From the NCBI GenBank assembly GCA_044226015.1, contig JBGAHS010000001.1, positions 1,088,001-1,152,000 of the forward strand: 64,000 bases of DNA, written 5' to 3'. Shown one piece after another: positions 48,543 to 58,800 of this stretch; the first letter of the stretch is position 1; each line of letters starts with the position of its first letter. The translations under genes and the position numbers were made by a program. Origin of the DNA: Candidatus Obscuribacteraceae bacterium. Lineage in GTDB: Bacteria > Cyanobacteriota > Vampirovibrionia > Obscuribacterales > Obscuribacteraceae. Below the pieces are notes generated by a model. That model made no database searches and had not been told where the DNA came from. It was given only the letters and a program-made list of their open reading frames with translations.

Positions 48543-50372
48543 TCATCTGTTGCTTTGATCATTGTCCTGAAGATGTACCATTCGTCCAAAGCCGATTACG
48601 TTGCTCATCGTTGGATGAGTGATCTCTTTGTCGCCTTCGCCCCAATATGAACCTTCCCAATAACCGATTGGTGTGTCGTCATTTGAAAGAACTATGCGTA
48701 TGCACCCTACGCCCAACCCGTTGCGATGCTTCTGGTGTGCGCGCGGTGGAAGGCTCTCTGGGGCAAAATGGTAAACCGATGAAGCATCAATTACGGACAC
48801 TTCTATATACCTATAGCCGTTGCTTTCTTGCACTGTTGCCGGTGCACGTTGTACCATCATCACGTGCCCAGTGTTGCCACCAGCTTTCGCTTTCCCCGCC
48901 TTCCATGCAATTATGTCGCCTGGTTTGAGATCACGCCATCGTCGAATGCGAATCCAGCCATCATGCACCTGGTCGTCATCCATTTCGGTGAAAAAGGTTG
49001 CCCAGACTTTGGCTTGAGGGTAACTATGTCCAGGTTCTCTGGAGCGCACAACTGTGTAGTGTCGTGGTGCTACAGTGTGCACAAGGTAGCTTATAAACCC
49101 TGAGCAGTCAGTGAGAGCCTTAAGATCGTTTCCACCATCTGCGCTGATCTGATTGGCCGCGGGAACTTGATGGTGAGAGTAACGGACAACGGTGGCACGA
49201 TTAAACACTGATTCTGCCAGGTGAAGCGCTCTCTCCCCCAGGGTTTCACCAGACGCATCTTCTGCCGCGGTTTGACTCGTGTTGGTATCTTGCCGTCTCT
49301 CGGCATCGCGATCGAGTCGCTTTTCACCGTCTCTTTGTGGTGCGTTGCCTTGTCCGCCTCTGGCGCTCTCGCGATTTTTTTCAAAGGCTTCTTCATGCTC
49401 GCGATTTCCCTTCCCGCCAGATGCATCTGCCAGAAGCTTTGGCGATCTCAAATCTGAGCTAGTCTCCGGCGCACTGTATTTGGCAAGCGAAATGTTTTCG
49501 CCAGCCTTTCCATTACTCATTATTTCGCTCAAGTTGGAATTGCGGTGCTCATAGAGCCAGCGTATTGCATGCAGTTCTACTTGTTTTAGTCCGGGGCTTT
49601 CCTCTGGATGCGGGCTGATTACGAGAATAGACCCTTTTCCATAGCGAGAAAAAATTGCTGCTGGCGCACCGACCATCACTCCCGGTTTTCCGCCCTCTCC
49701 TACAACTTCTTCCCGGAAATATCCCAATGAAGTAAAACTGTCATCAGGTTTCTCAAACGGAGGGGAAAACACAGGACCATTTTCATATGCTACGCGCACA
49801 AATTTGGACTGTACTCCGAACACCTCTTGTCCTGCTGGTGTTAGCTCAACTAGTAGTTTCGGGGCTCCATTTGTGCGCCACCAATGCTCTGAATCATTCG
49901 TCTTCAACGGAAGCAGACCTAAATACACTTCCTTGAGGCTTGATGCCAAATACGCCCCTGCACAAACACCGAGGTAAATGCCACCATCTTTGATGAAGCG
50001 CTTTATTTCATCGCGTGCTTCAGGACCCATTGTTGTGGACTCTGTGGTGGCAGAACCCCCAGGAATTATCAGTGCTTGATAGTCTTTGAGCGATCCATAT
50101 CTCAAGTCTGAGTTATGAATGATCTGGTAGCTGATGTTTTCATCGACATTGTTTCTCAGTTCCTTTCTAAACTCACTGGCTTCGGTGCCAGGATTGATCA
50201 AAAGTGCCACTTTTATTTGTGCTGATTCTGCTTGCACCACCTGAGAAACGGGTGCAATGCTTAACGATACTGCGATCAACAAACTGCTAAGAAAGGTGCA
50301 GATCGATTTATTCCAGTTCATGGTATTTTTCATTGTCTTCCTAGTGGAAATGAGTTGTGCTTGCTTCTTCAA
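48543..50372 (-). CDS. Secreted BPL-N (class I glutamine amidotransferase-like) domain fused to an NlpC/P60-like domain (alternative ATG at 50333)
   Basis: IIPGGS, YLGVCAGAY, SPHPE; C-terminal DCSGFISY, LKPGDIIAW, GHVMMV; signal peptide. Confidence 0.78.
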   Translation of the reverse strand: MKKQAQLISTRKTMKNTMNWNKSICTFLSSLLIAVSLSIAPVSQVVQAESAQIKVALLINPGTEASEFRKELRNNVDENISYQIIHNSDLRYGSLKDYQALIIPGGSATTESTTMGPEARDEIKRFIKDGGIYLGVCAGAYLASSLKEVYLGLLPLKTNDSEHWWRTNGAPKLLVELTPAGQEVFGVQSKFVRVAYENGPVFSPPFEKPDDSFTSLGYFREEVVGEGGKPGVMVGAPAAIFSRYGKGSILVISPHPEESPGLKQVELHAIRWLYEHRNSNLSEIMSNGKAGENISLAKYSAPETSSDLRSPKLLADASGGKGNREHEEAFEKNRESARGGQGNAPQRDGEKRLDRDAERRQDTNTSQTAAEDASGETLGERALHLAESVFNRATVVRYSHHQVPAANQISADGGNDLKALTDCSGFISYLVHTVAPRHYTVVRSREPGHSYPQAKVWATFFTEMDDDQVHDGWIRIRRWRDLKPGDIIAWKAGKAKAGGNTGHVMMVQRAPATVQESNGYRYIEVSVIDASSVYHFAPESLPPRAHQKHRNGLGVGCIRIVLSNDDTPIGYWEGSYWGEGDKEITHPTMSNVIGFGRMVHLQDNDQSNR

Positions 50373-51205
50373 TTTTTACCTTCCTGCACGCCTGTCACCT
50401 GGTGCTGATACATCCATTGCAGAGCGTGCATGAGTATATGTCCCAAGTGTGGTGTTTTTTCTGGATGCGGGCTCAACGCAAGTACAGTGCCACGTCCGTA
50501 ATGGGCTAAGAATCCGATGGGCGCTCCCAACATTACGCCGCGCTTGCCACCTTCGGCAACTACCTCGCTGCGGAAATAACCGAGCGGTGTAATTGGCTCA
50601 TTCGAACCTTCAAAAGGTTGACTGAAGATTGGTCCATTTTCGTACAAAATTTCCAGATCTTTGCGGGAGGCGCCGAATACTTCCATTCCACGGTCTGTTA
50701 ATTCGACTTTTACGTCTGTTCCATTTGGCGTGCGAAACCAATGTTCCTGGTCTAAGGTGCTAACGGGAATAAGTCCTAAATCTTTGTCCTTAGCTTTTGA
50801 AGACAAATAAGCGCCTGCGCAAACTCCAAGATAAATTCCACCTTCGCGAATGAAGCGGCGTACCTCTTCGCGCGCTTCTCGTCCCATGCTGCGCGCTTCT
50901 TTCTGCGCACTTCCTCCGGGCACGATCAATGCATCGTAACGCTTTAAACGGCCACTTTCTATGTCAGAGCCTTCGACAGTTTTCCAGGAAAAATCGCTGT
51001 TTGATAATAAACGCTTGAAGTTCTTTTTTGCTGGGGCTGAGGCACCTTTATCTACGAATAGAGCAACCGACATCGTTTGTCCATCTTTGGCTTCGGCCGG
51101 CAGATAGAAAACCTGGTTGATGAATGTAATTGCCATTAAAAGTAATGGAACAGATTTCAAAATGCACGTCGCGAAATAGCTTGGGTTTGGAGTGTTTCCA
51201 ATCAT
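50369..51205 (-). CDS. Secreted BPL-N (class I glutamine amidotransferase-like) domain protein
   Basis: LIVPGGS, GGIYLGVCAGAYL, YENGP, SPHPE; paralogue of the downstream gene. Confidence 0.82.
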   Translation of the reverse strand: MIGNTPNPSYFATCILKSVPLLLMAITFINQVFYLPAEAKDGQTMSVALFVDKGASAPAKKNFKRLLSNSDFSWKTVEGSDIESGRLKRYDALIVPGGSAQKEARSMGREAREEVRRFIREGGIYLGVCAGAYLSSKAKDKDLGLIPVSTLDQEHWFRTPNGTDVKVELTDRGMEVFGASRKDLEILYENGPIFSQPFEGSNEPITPLGYFRSEVVAEGGKRGVMLGAPIGFLAHYGRGTVLALSPHPEKTPHLGHILMHALQWMYQHQVTGVQEGKN

Positions 51206-51404
51206 GCACGAATCCTTAAAATCGGACCTTCCAAGTTTGTATTACCCTGTTTGCAATGAATTCTTTTGCTGACATCTGCTTCGGAATTGTTTTATCTCAG
51301 CAGCGGGAATGGCAACTCATCTATTATTCTGAGAGTAAATCTTGATTTGGCGATGACGGGTGCTGACCGCGAGAACTTTCTCAGTATTGCTGATCATCAA
51401 CAAT

Positions 51405-52550
51405 TCATCGATTGCTTTTCTTATGCTCTGGCCGTTTTTGCTCTAACAACCAGGGAATCAACTCAGGTTCTGCATACGCTTTGTCCCAGCTGTCGTGACC
51501 TACGTTCTGATACAAAGTGAATCGGACGTTGCCACCAACTTTTTTCAGTTCATCGACCATTCTTTGATCGTTGGCAGTGGGAACCACTTTATCATCAGCA
51601 CCATGAAACGCCCAGACCGGTAAAGGTGTTATTCGCTCGGCACCATCTGTATCACCATAGCCACAAACAGGAATTAAAGCCGCGAGAGTCTCAGGGTAAG
51701 CTTCGGCGTAATTCCAGCTTCCAATGCCTCCCATGCTTAATCCGGTGAGAATAACACGATCAGGATTGGCATGAGTTTTGTGCAATAGCCGTCGTCGCAG
51801 ACCTTCAATTTCGTCGACGTCCCAATCACGGTGCGCGGGTGCCTGTGGGGCGACCAGTATAAATGGAAATGATTTACCTTTCGAGGCCATTTCAGGCCAA
51901 CCATGTACCAAAGTCTGGTGCAAGTCGTTTCCGCGCTCGCCCGAACCGTGAAGGAAAATTACCAGGGGCCAGCCACCTTTGGGTCGTTTTCCGGATGGCA
52001 TCCAAATGAGGTATCGCAAGGAGACAGGCTTTTGCAGCTTTGAAGAAAAGCTGCTCACTCTTCCGCCGCCAATAATTTCTTTGGCAGAAATCACTGGTGG
52101 TGCGATAAGCGATAGAACTATCGGAATTGCAAAACAAATTAGAAAACGACTCATGGACTTTTCTTTCGTCTTCTTGAATTGCATAATCTCTTGACCGTCC
52201 CATTCGTATTTGGATAGGTCAATGCTACCTCTCTCGCGGTCGAACACCACGCCTTCGGAATGAAGCAAGCTCATCTGCAAATCAAGTCTTTCAATGCTCT
52301 TTCCAGTACTCAATTTGCCCTGGTAATTAACAACCCGATGCCATGGAACATTTGCGGAAGAAAATTGCTTGCCTTCTTTGGCTTCGGCAGGGAGTGCTTT
52401 CATCGCCCAGCCTACCCATTTTGCGGACAATCGACCAGAAAGCAATCTCGAAATGCCTCTGTACGTGATCACTTTTCCTTTGGGAACACGTTGAACTATT
52501 TCGTACACCTTTTCGAAAACTGTCATTTGAAATCTCGCAAGGTTTGACAT
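51405..52550 (-). CDS. In-frame fusion of an alkyltransferase-like (ATL/MGMT-family) domain and a secreted alpha/beta-hydrolase (second module could start at ATG 52154)
   Basis: VYEIVQRVPKGKVITY, VPWHRVVN; then an internal signal peptide, FLHGSGERG, GLSMGG, HGADDKVVP, GHDSW. Confidence 0.8.
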   Translation of the reverse strand: MSNLARFQMTVFEKVYEIVQRVPKGKVITYRGISRLLSGRLSAKWVGWAMKALPAEAKEGKQFSSANVPWHRVVNYQGKLSTGKSIERLDLQMSLLHSEGVVFDRERGSIDLSKYEWDGQEIMQFKKTKEKSMSRFLICFAIPIVLSLIAPPVISAKEIIGGGRVSSFSSKLQKPVSLRYLIWMPSGKRPKGGWPLVIFLHGSGERGNDLHQTLVHGWPEMASKGKSFPFILVAPQAPAHRDWDVDEIEGLRRRLLHKTHANPDRVILTGLSMGGIGSWNYAEAYPETLAALIPVCGYGDTDGAERITPLPVWAFHGADDKVVPTANDQRMVDELKKVGGNVRFTLYQNVGHDSWDKAYAEPELIPWLLEQKRPEHKKSNR

Positions 52551-52618
52551 GTCCGGCTAGATATATAGTAGAACTGAATTCATTGACTCATGCAAGAGTG
52601 CAATTTTGAGACTTTCGT

Positions 52619-52654
52619 AAAAACGAAAAGAGAGCGGGAGTTACCCGCTCTCTT
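52619..52654 (-). terminator. Intrinsic terminator of ahcY
   Basis: Minus strand aagagagcggg-taact-cccgctctctt followed by ttcgttttt. Confidence 0.85.
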
Positions 52655-52680
52655 AAACGAAATCAAACTACTACTTGGGT

Positions 52681-54096
52681 TTAGTAGCGATAGTTGTCCG
52701 TTTTGTATGGACCTTCGACCGGAACGCCAATGTATTTAGCTTGCTCGGGGCTTAGCTCAGTAAGCTGTGCATCGAGTTTTGCGAGTTGCAATCTTGCTAC
52801 TTTTTCGTCCAGGTGTTTTGGCAATACATAAACGCCAGGAGCGTATTCACCTTGTTTTGTGAAAAGCTCGATTTGTGCCAGGACCTGGTTTGCAAAACTG
52901 CTTGCCATTACAAACGATGGGTGACCGGTTCCGCAACCCAGGTTCACCAATCTTCCTTTAGCTAAAAGGATAATGCGGCGACCGTCTGGGAATATGACGT
53001 GGTCGACTTGCGGTTTGATTTCTTCCCATTTGTATTTCGACAGGGAGGCAACTTCAATTTCGCTGTCGAAGTGTCCGATGTTGCAAACGATTGCATTGTT
53101 CTTCATTCGGGTCATGTGTTCGTGTTTGATGACATCGAAATTGCCGGTGCAAGTGACGAAGATATCGCCTTTGTCTGCTGCGTAATCCATAGTCACAACT
53201 TTGTAGCCTTCCATGGCAGCTTGTAGTGCGCAAATTGGATCGATTTCGGTGACCCATACTTGTGCGCTGAGAGCACGGAGAGCTTGTGCACTGCCTTTGC
53301 CTACATCACCATAACCGCAAATAACAGCGATTTTTCCTGCAACCATTACGTCTGTTGCACGCTTGATGCCGTCAACCAAACTTTCGCGGCATCCGTACAA
53401 ATTATCGAATTTCGATTTTGTGACTGAGTCGTTGACATTGAAAGCTGGGAACGGTAGGTCTCCCTTCTTTTGCAATTCATACAAGCGATGAACACCGGTG
53501 GTTGTTTCTTCGCTTACGCCTTTGATATTGGCACGAATCTTGCTGTAGAACTTCGGATCTTCAGCTAGCTTCTTTTTGATTGATGCAAACAAGACAGTTT
53601 CTTCTTCACTTGTTGGATTGCTTAGAACCGATTGATCCTTTTCAGCTCTTGCGCCAAGCAAGATGAGCAATGTAGCATCGCCACCATCATCCAAAATCAT
53701 GTTCGGAGTTCCACCATCATGCCATTCCATGATGCGGTGGGTGTAGTCCCAGTATTCTTCCAGGCTTTCACCTTTTACAGCGAAGACCGGAGTCTTGTTA
53801 TCAGCGATTGCTGCTGCTGCGTGATCTTGAGTCGAGAAAATGTTGCAGCTAGCCCATCGAACGTCAGCTCCGAGCTCAACCAATGTTTCGATCAGCACCG
53901 CGGTTTGAATGGTCATGTGGAGGGAACCAGCTATACGCGCGCCCTTCAATGGACGGCTGCCAGCGTACTCTTTTCTGATTGCCATCAGGCTGGGCATTTC
54001 GGTTTCGGCGATCGCAATTTCGCGATGTCCCCATGCGGCTAATCCTATATCTGCAACTGCATAATCAGTTTTAGGGGAATTTTTTACTGTATTCAT
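52681..54096 (-). CDS. ahcY: Adenosylhomocysteinase (long form)
   Basis: [75 protein letters not shown]. Confidence 0.98.
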   Translation of the reverse strand: MNTVKNSPKTDYAVADIGLAAWGHREIAIAETEMPSLMAIRKEYAGSRPLKGARIAGSLHMTIQTAVLIETLVELGADVRWASCNIFSTQDHAAAAIADNKTPVFAVKGESLEEYWDYTHRIMEWHDGGTPNMILDDGGDATLLILLGARAEKDQSVLSNPTSEEETVLFASIKKKLAEDPKFYSKIRANIKGVSEETTTGVHRLYELQKKGDLPFPAFNVNDSVTKSKFDNLYGCRESLVDGIKRATDVMVAGKIAVICGYGDVGKGSAQALRALSAQVWVTEIDPICALQAAMEGYKVVTMDYAADKGDIFVTCTGNFDVIKHEHMTRMKNNAIVCNIGHFDSEIEVASLSKYKWEEIKPQVDHVIFPDGRRIILLAKGRLVNLGCGTGHPSFVMASSFANQVLAQIELFTKQGEYAPGVYVLPKHLDEKVARLQLAKLDAQLTELSPEQAKYIGVPVEGPYKTDNYRY

Positions 54097-54115
54097 TCGT
54101 CCTCCAATCGAGCAA

Positions 54116-54150
54116 TAAAAAACGCTCGCAGGTAGATTACCTCACGAGCG
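54116..54150 (-). terminator. Riboswitch-controlled intrinsic terminator in the ahcY leader
   Basis: Minus strand cgctcgtgaggta-atc-tacctgcgagcg-tttttt; its 5' arm shares gcgctc with the aptamer's 3' pseudoknot strand. Confidence 0.8.
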
Positions 54151-54220
54151 CCGTTACAAGTTAGGGTCATCCCCACTTCGCCGAGCCTGGTCTGAAAAGA
54201 TCGCAACGCTCCTCGGCGAC
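54144..54220 (-). ncRNA. SAH riboswitch aptamer
   Basis: Minus strand gtcgccgaggagcgttgcgatc...ccaggctcggcg...aacggcgctc matches the SAH riboswitch consensus (GAGGAGCG, CCAGGCUCG, AACGGCGCUC), directly upstream of ahcY. Confidence 0.92.
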
Positions 54221-54420
54221 TCTTATTATGGCACATAAGCGATTCGGAATTTCAATGAATTTGGCTGTGCTGCCTAAGATGACCTTGAGATAAGGCTGCC
54301 GGGCTTGTTGTGTGATTCATTATTCGCAATAAATCTGCTCCTGCAGCGATGTAGTCTTGAATCTAATTGAGCTACGATTAATCTGTTCATTCAGATTCCG
54401 AATTCTCCTGATTTAGTGCT

Positions 54421-55704
54421 TCATACAATCACACGCTTTGCTGGAATTCTGGCTAATCTCGTTGTCGTCCATTCTTTAACATCGTCCTCGTAGTGGACAA
54501 GAATGCGTTCGCCCATTTTTTCGATGATTCTGCATGGGAAATAGATAGGTGCGCCTTTCCATCGACACTCAATCTTGTCTCCCACATTTAGAGCATTTTT
54601 GCTGATGAATTCCTGGGTGACAAGTCGTTCGCCGCCGAACAGCATGTGTACGACAACTTCGTCGCCACTAATGTCGACAATCTCTGCCGGATACAGGCAT
54701 CCATCTAGGTCCCAGCAGAAAACACGATCATTTTCTTTGAAATTTAGTGGCGCATCAATTGGGCATTTCCATGCGCGAATTCTGCTTACCTGATTTGACT
54801 CGGTGCTGCCATCGATGAGTTCGAGATCAACCACTTCTTCCTTCGAGTCTTTTACCAATGCCGGTACAAATACGGCGCCAAGTTCCTTCTTGGGGCGCAC
54901 ATATACTTCTTCGTCCTCTTCCAATGTGAGAGGACGCAGGGCTATCGAGGGCAGCATAACTTGCCAGCCATCATCATACAAAACATGGTAGTAGTCGTAA
55001 GTAGCACTGAGATGTTCGCGGCTATCGACCGTTCGCTGAGTGTTGAGAATCGTGGCGGAGTACCAGAACAAATCTTTCCATCTGGCGAAAACGCGGTCGC
55101 CAATCGTCCAGTTTAGTTCTTCAAATGAGTCGTTCTCAGGAAAGACCATAACAGGCACGCTGTGGCGAACCACTTGTGATGGGTCTGCCGCTGGTACGAA
55201 GACATTGTTTTCCGCTGCTTTCTTTTCCAACTCTATCTTGTTAGCATCGACAGCTTTTGCTTGCTCAATGCTCTCTTTTGCTTTGTCTTTCATGCCGAGT
55301 TTTTCGTAAACAAGCCCTCTTTCGAAGTAAATTGCGCTCTCTGTTGGGTTCAATTCAATGGCGCTGTTAAAATCTTTCAATGCTTTTTTGTAATCGGCAA
55401 GTCGTTCATAGCATCGTGCGCGTCCGAAATAATAAGCGTGCTCTTGGGGATTTCGCTTTATTGCTGCTGTGAGATCCTTTATCGCTGCTTTCAGATCGCC
55501 TTTGTGCTCGAACGCTTTAGCGCGATCAGAAAGAATGCTGGCGTCGTCGGGGTCGAGTTTTGTTGCGCTGGTGTAGTCTTTGAGCGCCTTTTCAATGTTT
55601 TCACTCTCCAGGTACAAATCGGCTCTTTTGCAGTAGAGCAATTTGTTCAGGGGGTCTCTTCTCAGCGCTCTAGAAAGCTCATCTATTGCTTGCTTCTCTT
55701 CCAT
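54421..55704 (-). CDS. TPR + tandem Tudor/Agenet-like domain protein
   Basis: About 4 TPRs, then WTIGDRVFARWKDLFWYSATI..YHVLYDDG, FKENDRVFCW..LYPAEI, LNVGDKIECRWKG..YFPCRI..VHYEDD. Confidence 0.75.
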   Translation of the reverse strand: MEEKQAIDELSRALRRDPLNKLLYCKRADLYLESENIEKALKDYTSATKLDPDDASILSDRAKAFEHKGDLKAAIKDLTAAIKRNPQEHAYYFGRARCYERLADYKKALKDFNSAIELNPTESAIYFERGLVYEKLGMKDKAKESIEQAKAVDANKIELEKKAAENNVFVPAADPSQVVRHSVPVMVFPENDSFEELNWTIGDRVFARWKDLFWYSATILNTQRTVDSREHLSATYDYYHVLYDDGWQVMLPSIALRPLTLEEDEEVYVRPKKELGAVFVPALVKDSKEEVVDLELIDGSTESNQVSRIRAWKCPIDAPLNFKENDRVFCWDLDGCLYPAEIVDISGDEVVVHMLFGGERLVTQEFISKNALNVGDKIECRWKGAPIYFPCRIIEKMGERILVHYEDDVKEWTTTRLARIPAKRVIV

Positions 55705-55921
55705 TTCTTCCTTCTTTTCTTGGCACTGAATATGGTATCGATGAGTGAGTGATTATTCTCAAAGGTCAATTCCATGCATGATTTTTGAGTTACTTTTAGA
55801 TGACCAAGTCGGCAAAGCTACTCTAAATCTATCTTTACACTAAAAGATGATTTTAACTGTTATAAACGATTTGGCAGGCTGCTCAATGAGTGTTCACTTT
55901 CTTTTCATAGATTTAGGCAAA

Positions 55922-57019
55922 TTAGCTGCGCTTTTCTGTCTCTATTCTTGAAAGTACTTCTTTTGCGGGTGCGAAGTCGGGGTTCTTATCCAGCACCTTT
56001 TTCAAAATGGCTCGTGCTTCTTCATTTCGTTTCTGGTCAACCAGAAACGCTGCATAGTCTGTTGCAATGTCTTTGTCTTCGTTGCTTCCTCTCATGCTGA
56101 TTTTGAATGCTTCGTCAGCATGTTTTGCTTGCCCTGCCATCGCATAAATCTTTGCCAGGCGCATGTATGAGTTGCCGTAAGTCGGGTAGAATTTGATTGC
56201 TTTCTTTTCGTTTTTGATAGCAAGTTCAAGATTTTTTTGGTCTTTTGAATCTTTCTTTGCTTGCGCCCATCCGAGTCCAGAAAAGGCGTTCGCTGCCGTG
56301 AGTGGATTCAGGCAGCCCAGCTCATCATATCCATTTGCAGCGATTGCTTCTTTGTATGATTCGATTGCCGCGTCGTAGTTTTTGCTTGCCAGAAAAAGAT
56401 TGGCAAGTTGCAAGTGTGGGTCGGCTTTCTTCGGGTTGATCTCCACAGCCTTCTGCGCAACTTTTATCGCTTCTGGAACCTGCTCTTTCTTTTGAAGCAA
56501 GGAAGAGAGGCGCAGGTGCGCTTCAAGGCTGTTTGGCTTCAGCACGATGGCTTTTCTCAATGCCACTATAGCGTCGTCATTTTTACCGGCAGCCACATAG
56601 GCGATAGCGAGGTCTTTACTCACTGAGTAACTATCGGGCTTAAGTTCCTGAGCCTCTTTTAGAAGTTTGATTGCCTCGTCGTGTTTTTTCAAATTTGAGT
56701 AAATATGCCCGAGTATTCTGCGTGCGCCATACGATTTTGGGTCGAGCTTCAGTGCTGTTTCTTCCTCGGCAATAGCTTCTTCGTATTTGTTATCTTCAAC
56801 CTGAGCTGCCAGGGCAGCTCCTAATTCCATGTGCGCTTCGGCATTCTTCTGATCTGCTTTAAGCAATTGTCTTAATATCGTGGCAGCCGCTTTGGGTTTC
56901 CCCTTGTTCAGAAGATCGTCTGCTTTGCTAAGTTGCGTTTGCTCAGCTGTGGAACCTTCAGCGCTCAGCCCAAGAATTATAGAAACTGACAATAAACAAA
57001 CGCTTACGACTTTGCTCAC
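55922..57019 (-). CDS. Secreted TPR protein
   Basis: GTG start with AGGAG; signal peptide; continuous TPR repeats. Confidence 0.85.
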   Translation of the reverse strand: MSKVVSVCLLSVSIILGLSAEGSTAEQTQLSKADDLLNKGKPKAAATILRQLLKADQKNAEAHMELGAALAAQVEDNKYEEAIAEEETALKLDPKSYGARRILGHIYSNLKKHDEAIKLLKEAQELKPDSYSVSKDLAIAYVAAGKNDDAIVALRKAIVLKPNSLEAHLRLSSLLQKKEQVPEAIKVAQKAVEINPKKADPHLQLANLFLASKNYDAAIESYKEAIAANGYDELGCLNPLTAANAFSGLGWAQAKKDSKDQKNLELAIKNEKKAIKFYPTYGNSYMRLAKIYAMAGQAKHADEAFKISMRGSNEDKDIATDYAAFLVDQKRNEEARAILKKVLDKNPDFAPAKEVLSRIETEKRS

Positions 57020-57554
57020 TTAATTGGCTCCTGCGGAGTAGTGATGAGATCTTTGCTTGTTTCGCGCAAAATAACACTAGTATTCATGCGTTTCTTAGCG
57101 AAAGTTTGAATTTGAGTGTCGATATCGACAACGAACCGCTAGAGAACTGTTTGGTAGTAGAGACGTGATTACCAAGCCACTGTATCCGGTGCTAAATACG
57201 ATTCGCCAACAGGCAATGATAGAGTCCTTCTATTCGCACGAATTTTGAGCAAGAGTAAATCAGTCCTTGAACATTTGAATGAATTACTCGCTGCCATTGC
57301 TTAGCACGTTGTATGTGCACTATCAGAAACAAATCACCAGGAATAGATGGCATTCTTCGCTTACGTAGACTTTTGTGAACCGTTCTGCCTTAGTGAGAAA
57401 AAAATGAAGTCAGTTTCGTGGGATTTTCCCCACGCTCACGGTGATGCCAAGCATTGTTATTCGTACTTCTCCCAGTGACTGAACCTATAGAGAAAGTTAA
57501 ATTAGAGACCTCGTTTGAATTTGTTGGTGTTTCTCCTGGTGGTTTTGGTATTAC

Positions 57555-58742
57555 ATGAAGCTTTCGTCGGTCGTATTGCTTAGTGTCAATTTAGTAGCTG
57601 CGTCACAAGTCGCAGCAAATGCGGCAGACACCGCGTCGTTCTTGCAAGATGCATTGACTCCGTCAGCTGCTTCTGCCAAGGCGGCATCGCGTCCAGCTGC
57701 TCGTCCTGTAGCGAAGAAACGCGCATCAAAAACGTCCTACGTTGCGATGACACCGGTGATGGATGGCGTTAAGTGCCGTCCATTCATGCCTGGTCGCTAT
57801 CTTCCCAGCGAATCTGAACTTGAGGCGAGGAAAGAAGCTGAACGCGCTCGTCGTGAGGCTGATGCTGCTCAGCGTGCTATGTCCTTCGCTCCTGATGTGC
57901 TCACAGGCAGAGTCGCTGCCACCAATGATATGTCGAACATGGGCGCGATGATGGCTCCTGCTGCGTCGTACTCGATGTCTCGTCCGGCTAATCAAGACTA
58001 CATGCACAAGGTTCAAGGAATTGTGCAGAAAGTCAAAGAAGCCGCAAAAGGTTATTCACTTGCGCATACTCGCTCTGTGCCTGGAATGAACCCAGTCATG
58101 CCCGGGCAGTTCGCGCATAATTCCGGTGCTACTGCGATGCCTCGCATACCTGAGCCGCAGCGTGCCACAATGCCGCTGAATGTTCCGCAACCTCCTGTTG
58201 CGCGCAGCATGCCAGTGCAAGTGCCACAAGCACCACAACACGTTGCAGCCTCCACCCCCGTAGTGCCGCTGCCATCGCTCAGCAAGTGGGACAACGCTCA
58301 GCTCGATAAGCTGATCGACAACAACATGCCTGAGAACGTTTACGCAAATGTCAACGGAGATATGAGAGCTGGTCAGGGTAATCCGGGAGTGTCCGGGGCA
58401 GGCCCGACGCCATACCCGTTGAATTCTTCTATTAATCGCCGCGGCGTTCAAACCATTGGCGCCCAAGCGCGTTTCGGTTCATGGCACGGCGGTCATGAGA
58501 ATCTGCCGCAGAGTTCGTTCCAATCATATATGCCAGTGCATATGGCTGGACCAATGTCTGTAAAGATCAATCATTACAGCGGTGGGTCAAAGAAAACAGG
58601 GCGCCAGGCTGCGCGCATTGCTGGCAAGCACCACGCGTCTTCAGCTTCCACGGCGGCAGCTTCGGTCGTGAAAGTCGACAAGGTTAAATCTGTGCCGGCA
58701 GCGAGTTACCCGCCATATCGTCGCTATGGTTCGATGTTCTAA
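57555..58742 (+). CDS. Secreted Ala/Pro/Met-rich hypothetical protein
   Basis: Signal peptide ending ANA-A; low complexity; terminator downstream. Confidence 0.7.
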   Translation: MKLSSVVLLSVNLVAASQVAANAADTASFLQDALTPSAASAKAASRPAARPVAKKRASKTSYVAMTPVMDGVKCRPFMPGRYLPSESELEARKEAERARREADAAQRAMSFAPDVLTGRVAATNDMSNMGAMMAPAASYSMSRPANQDYMHKVQGIVQKVKEAAKGYSLAHTRSVPGMNPVMPGQFAHNSGATAMPRIPEPQRATMPLNVPQPPVARSMPVQVPQAPQHVAASTPVVPLPSLSKWDNAQLDKLIDNNMPENVYANVNGDMRAGQGNPGVSGAGPTPYPLNSSINRRGVQTIGAQARFGSWHGGHENLPQSSFQSYMPVHMAGPMSVKINHYSGGSKKTGRQAARIAGKHHASSASTAAASVVKVDKVKSVPAASYPPYRRYGSMF

Positions 58743-58769
58743 TCGCTTCCTTTACTTAGATGCATGATT

Positions 58770-58800
58770 AACTCCGAGCCGCGAGCTTGGAGTTTTGTTT
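58770..58800 (+). terminator. Intrinsic terminator
   Basis: aactccgagc-cgcga-gcttggagtt followed by ttgttt. Confidence 0.7.

Noticed and set aside
48543..51205. Biotin-protein ligase (birA)
   Set aside because: Only the GAT-like BPL-N domain is present; no ligase catalytic domain, and both proteins have signal peptides.
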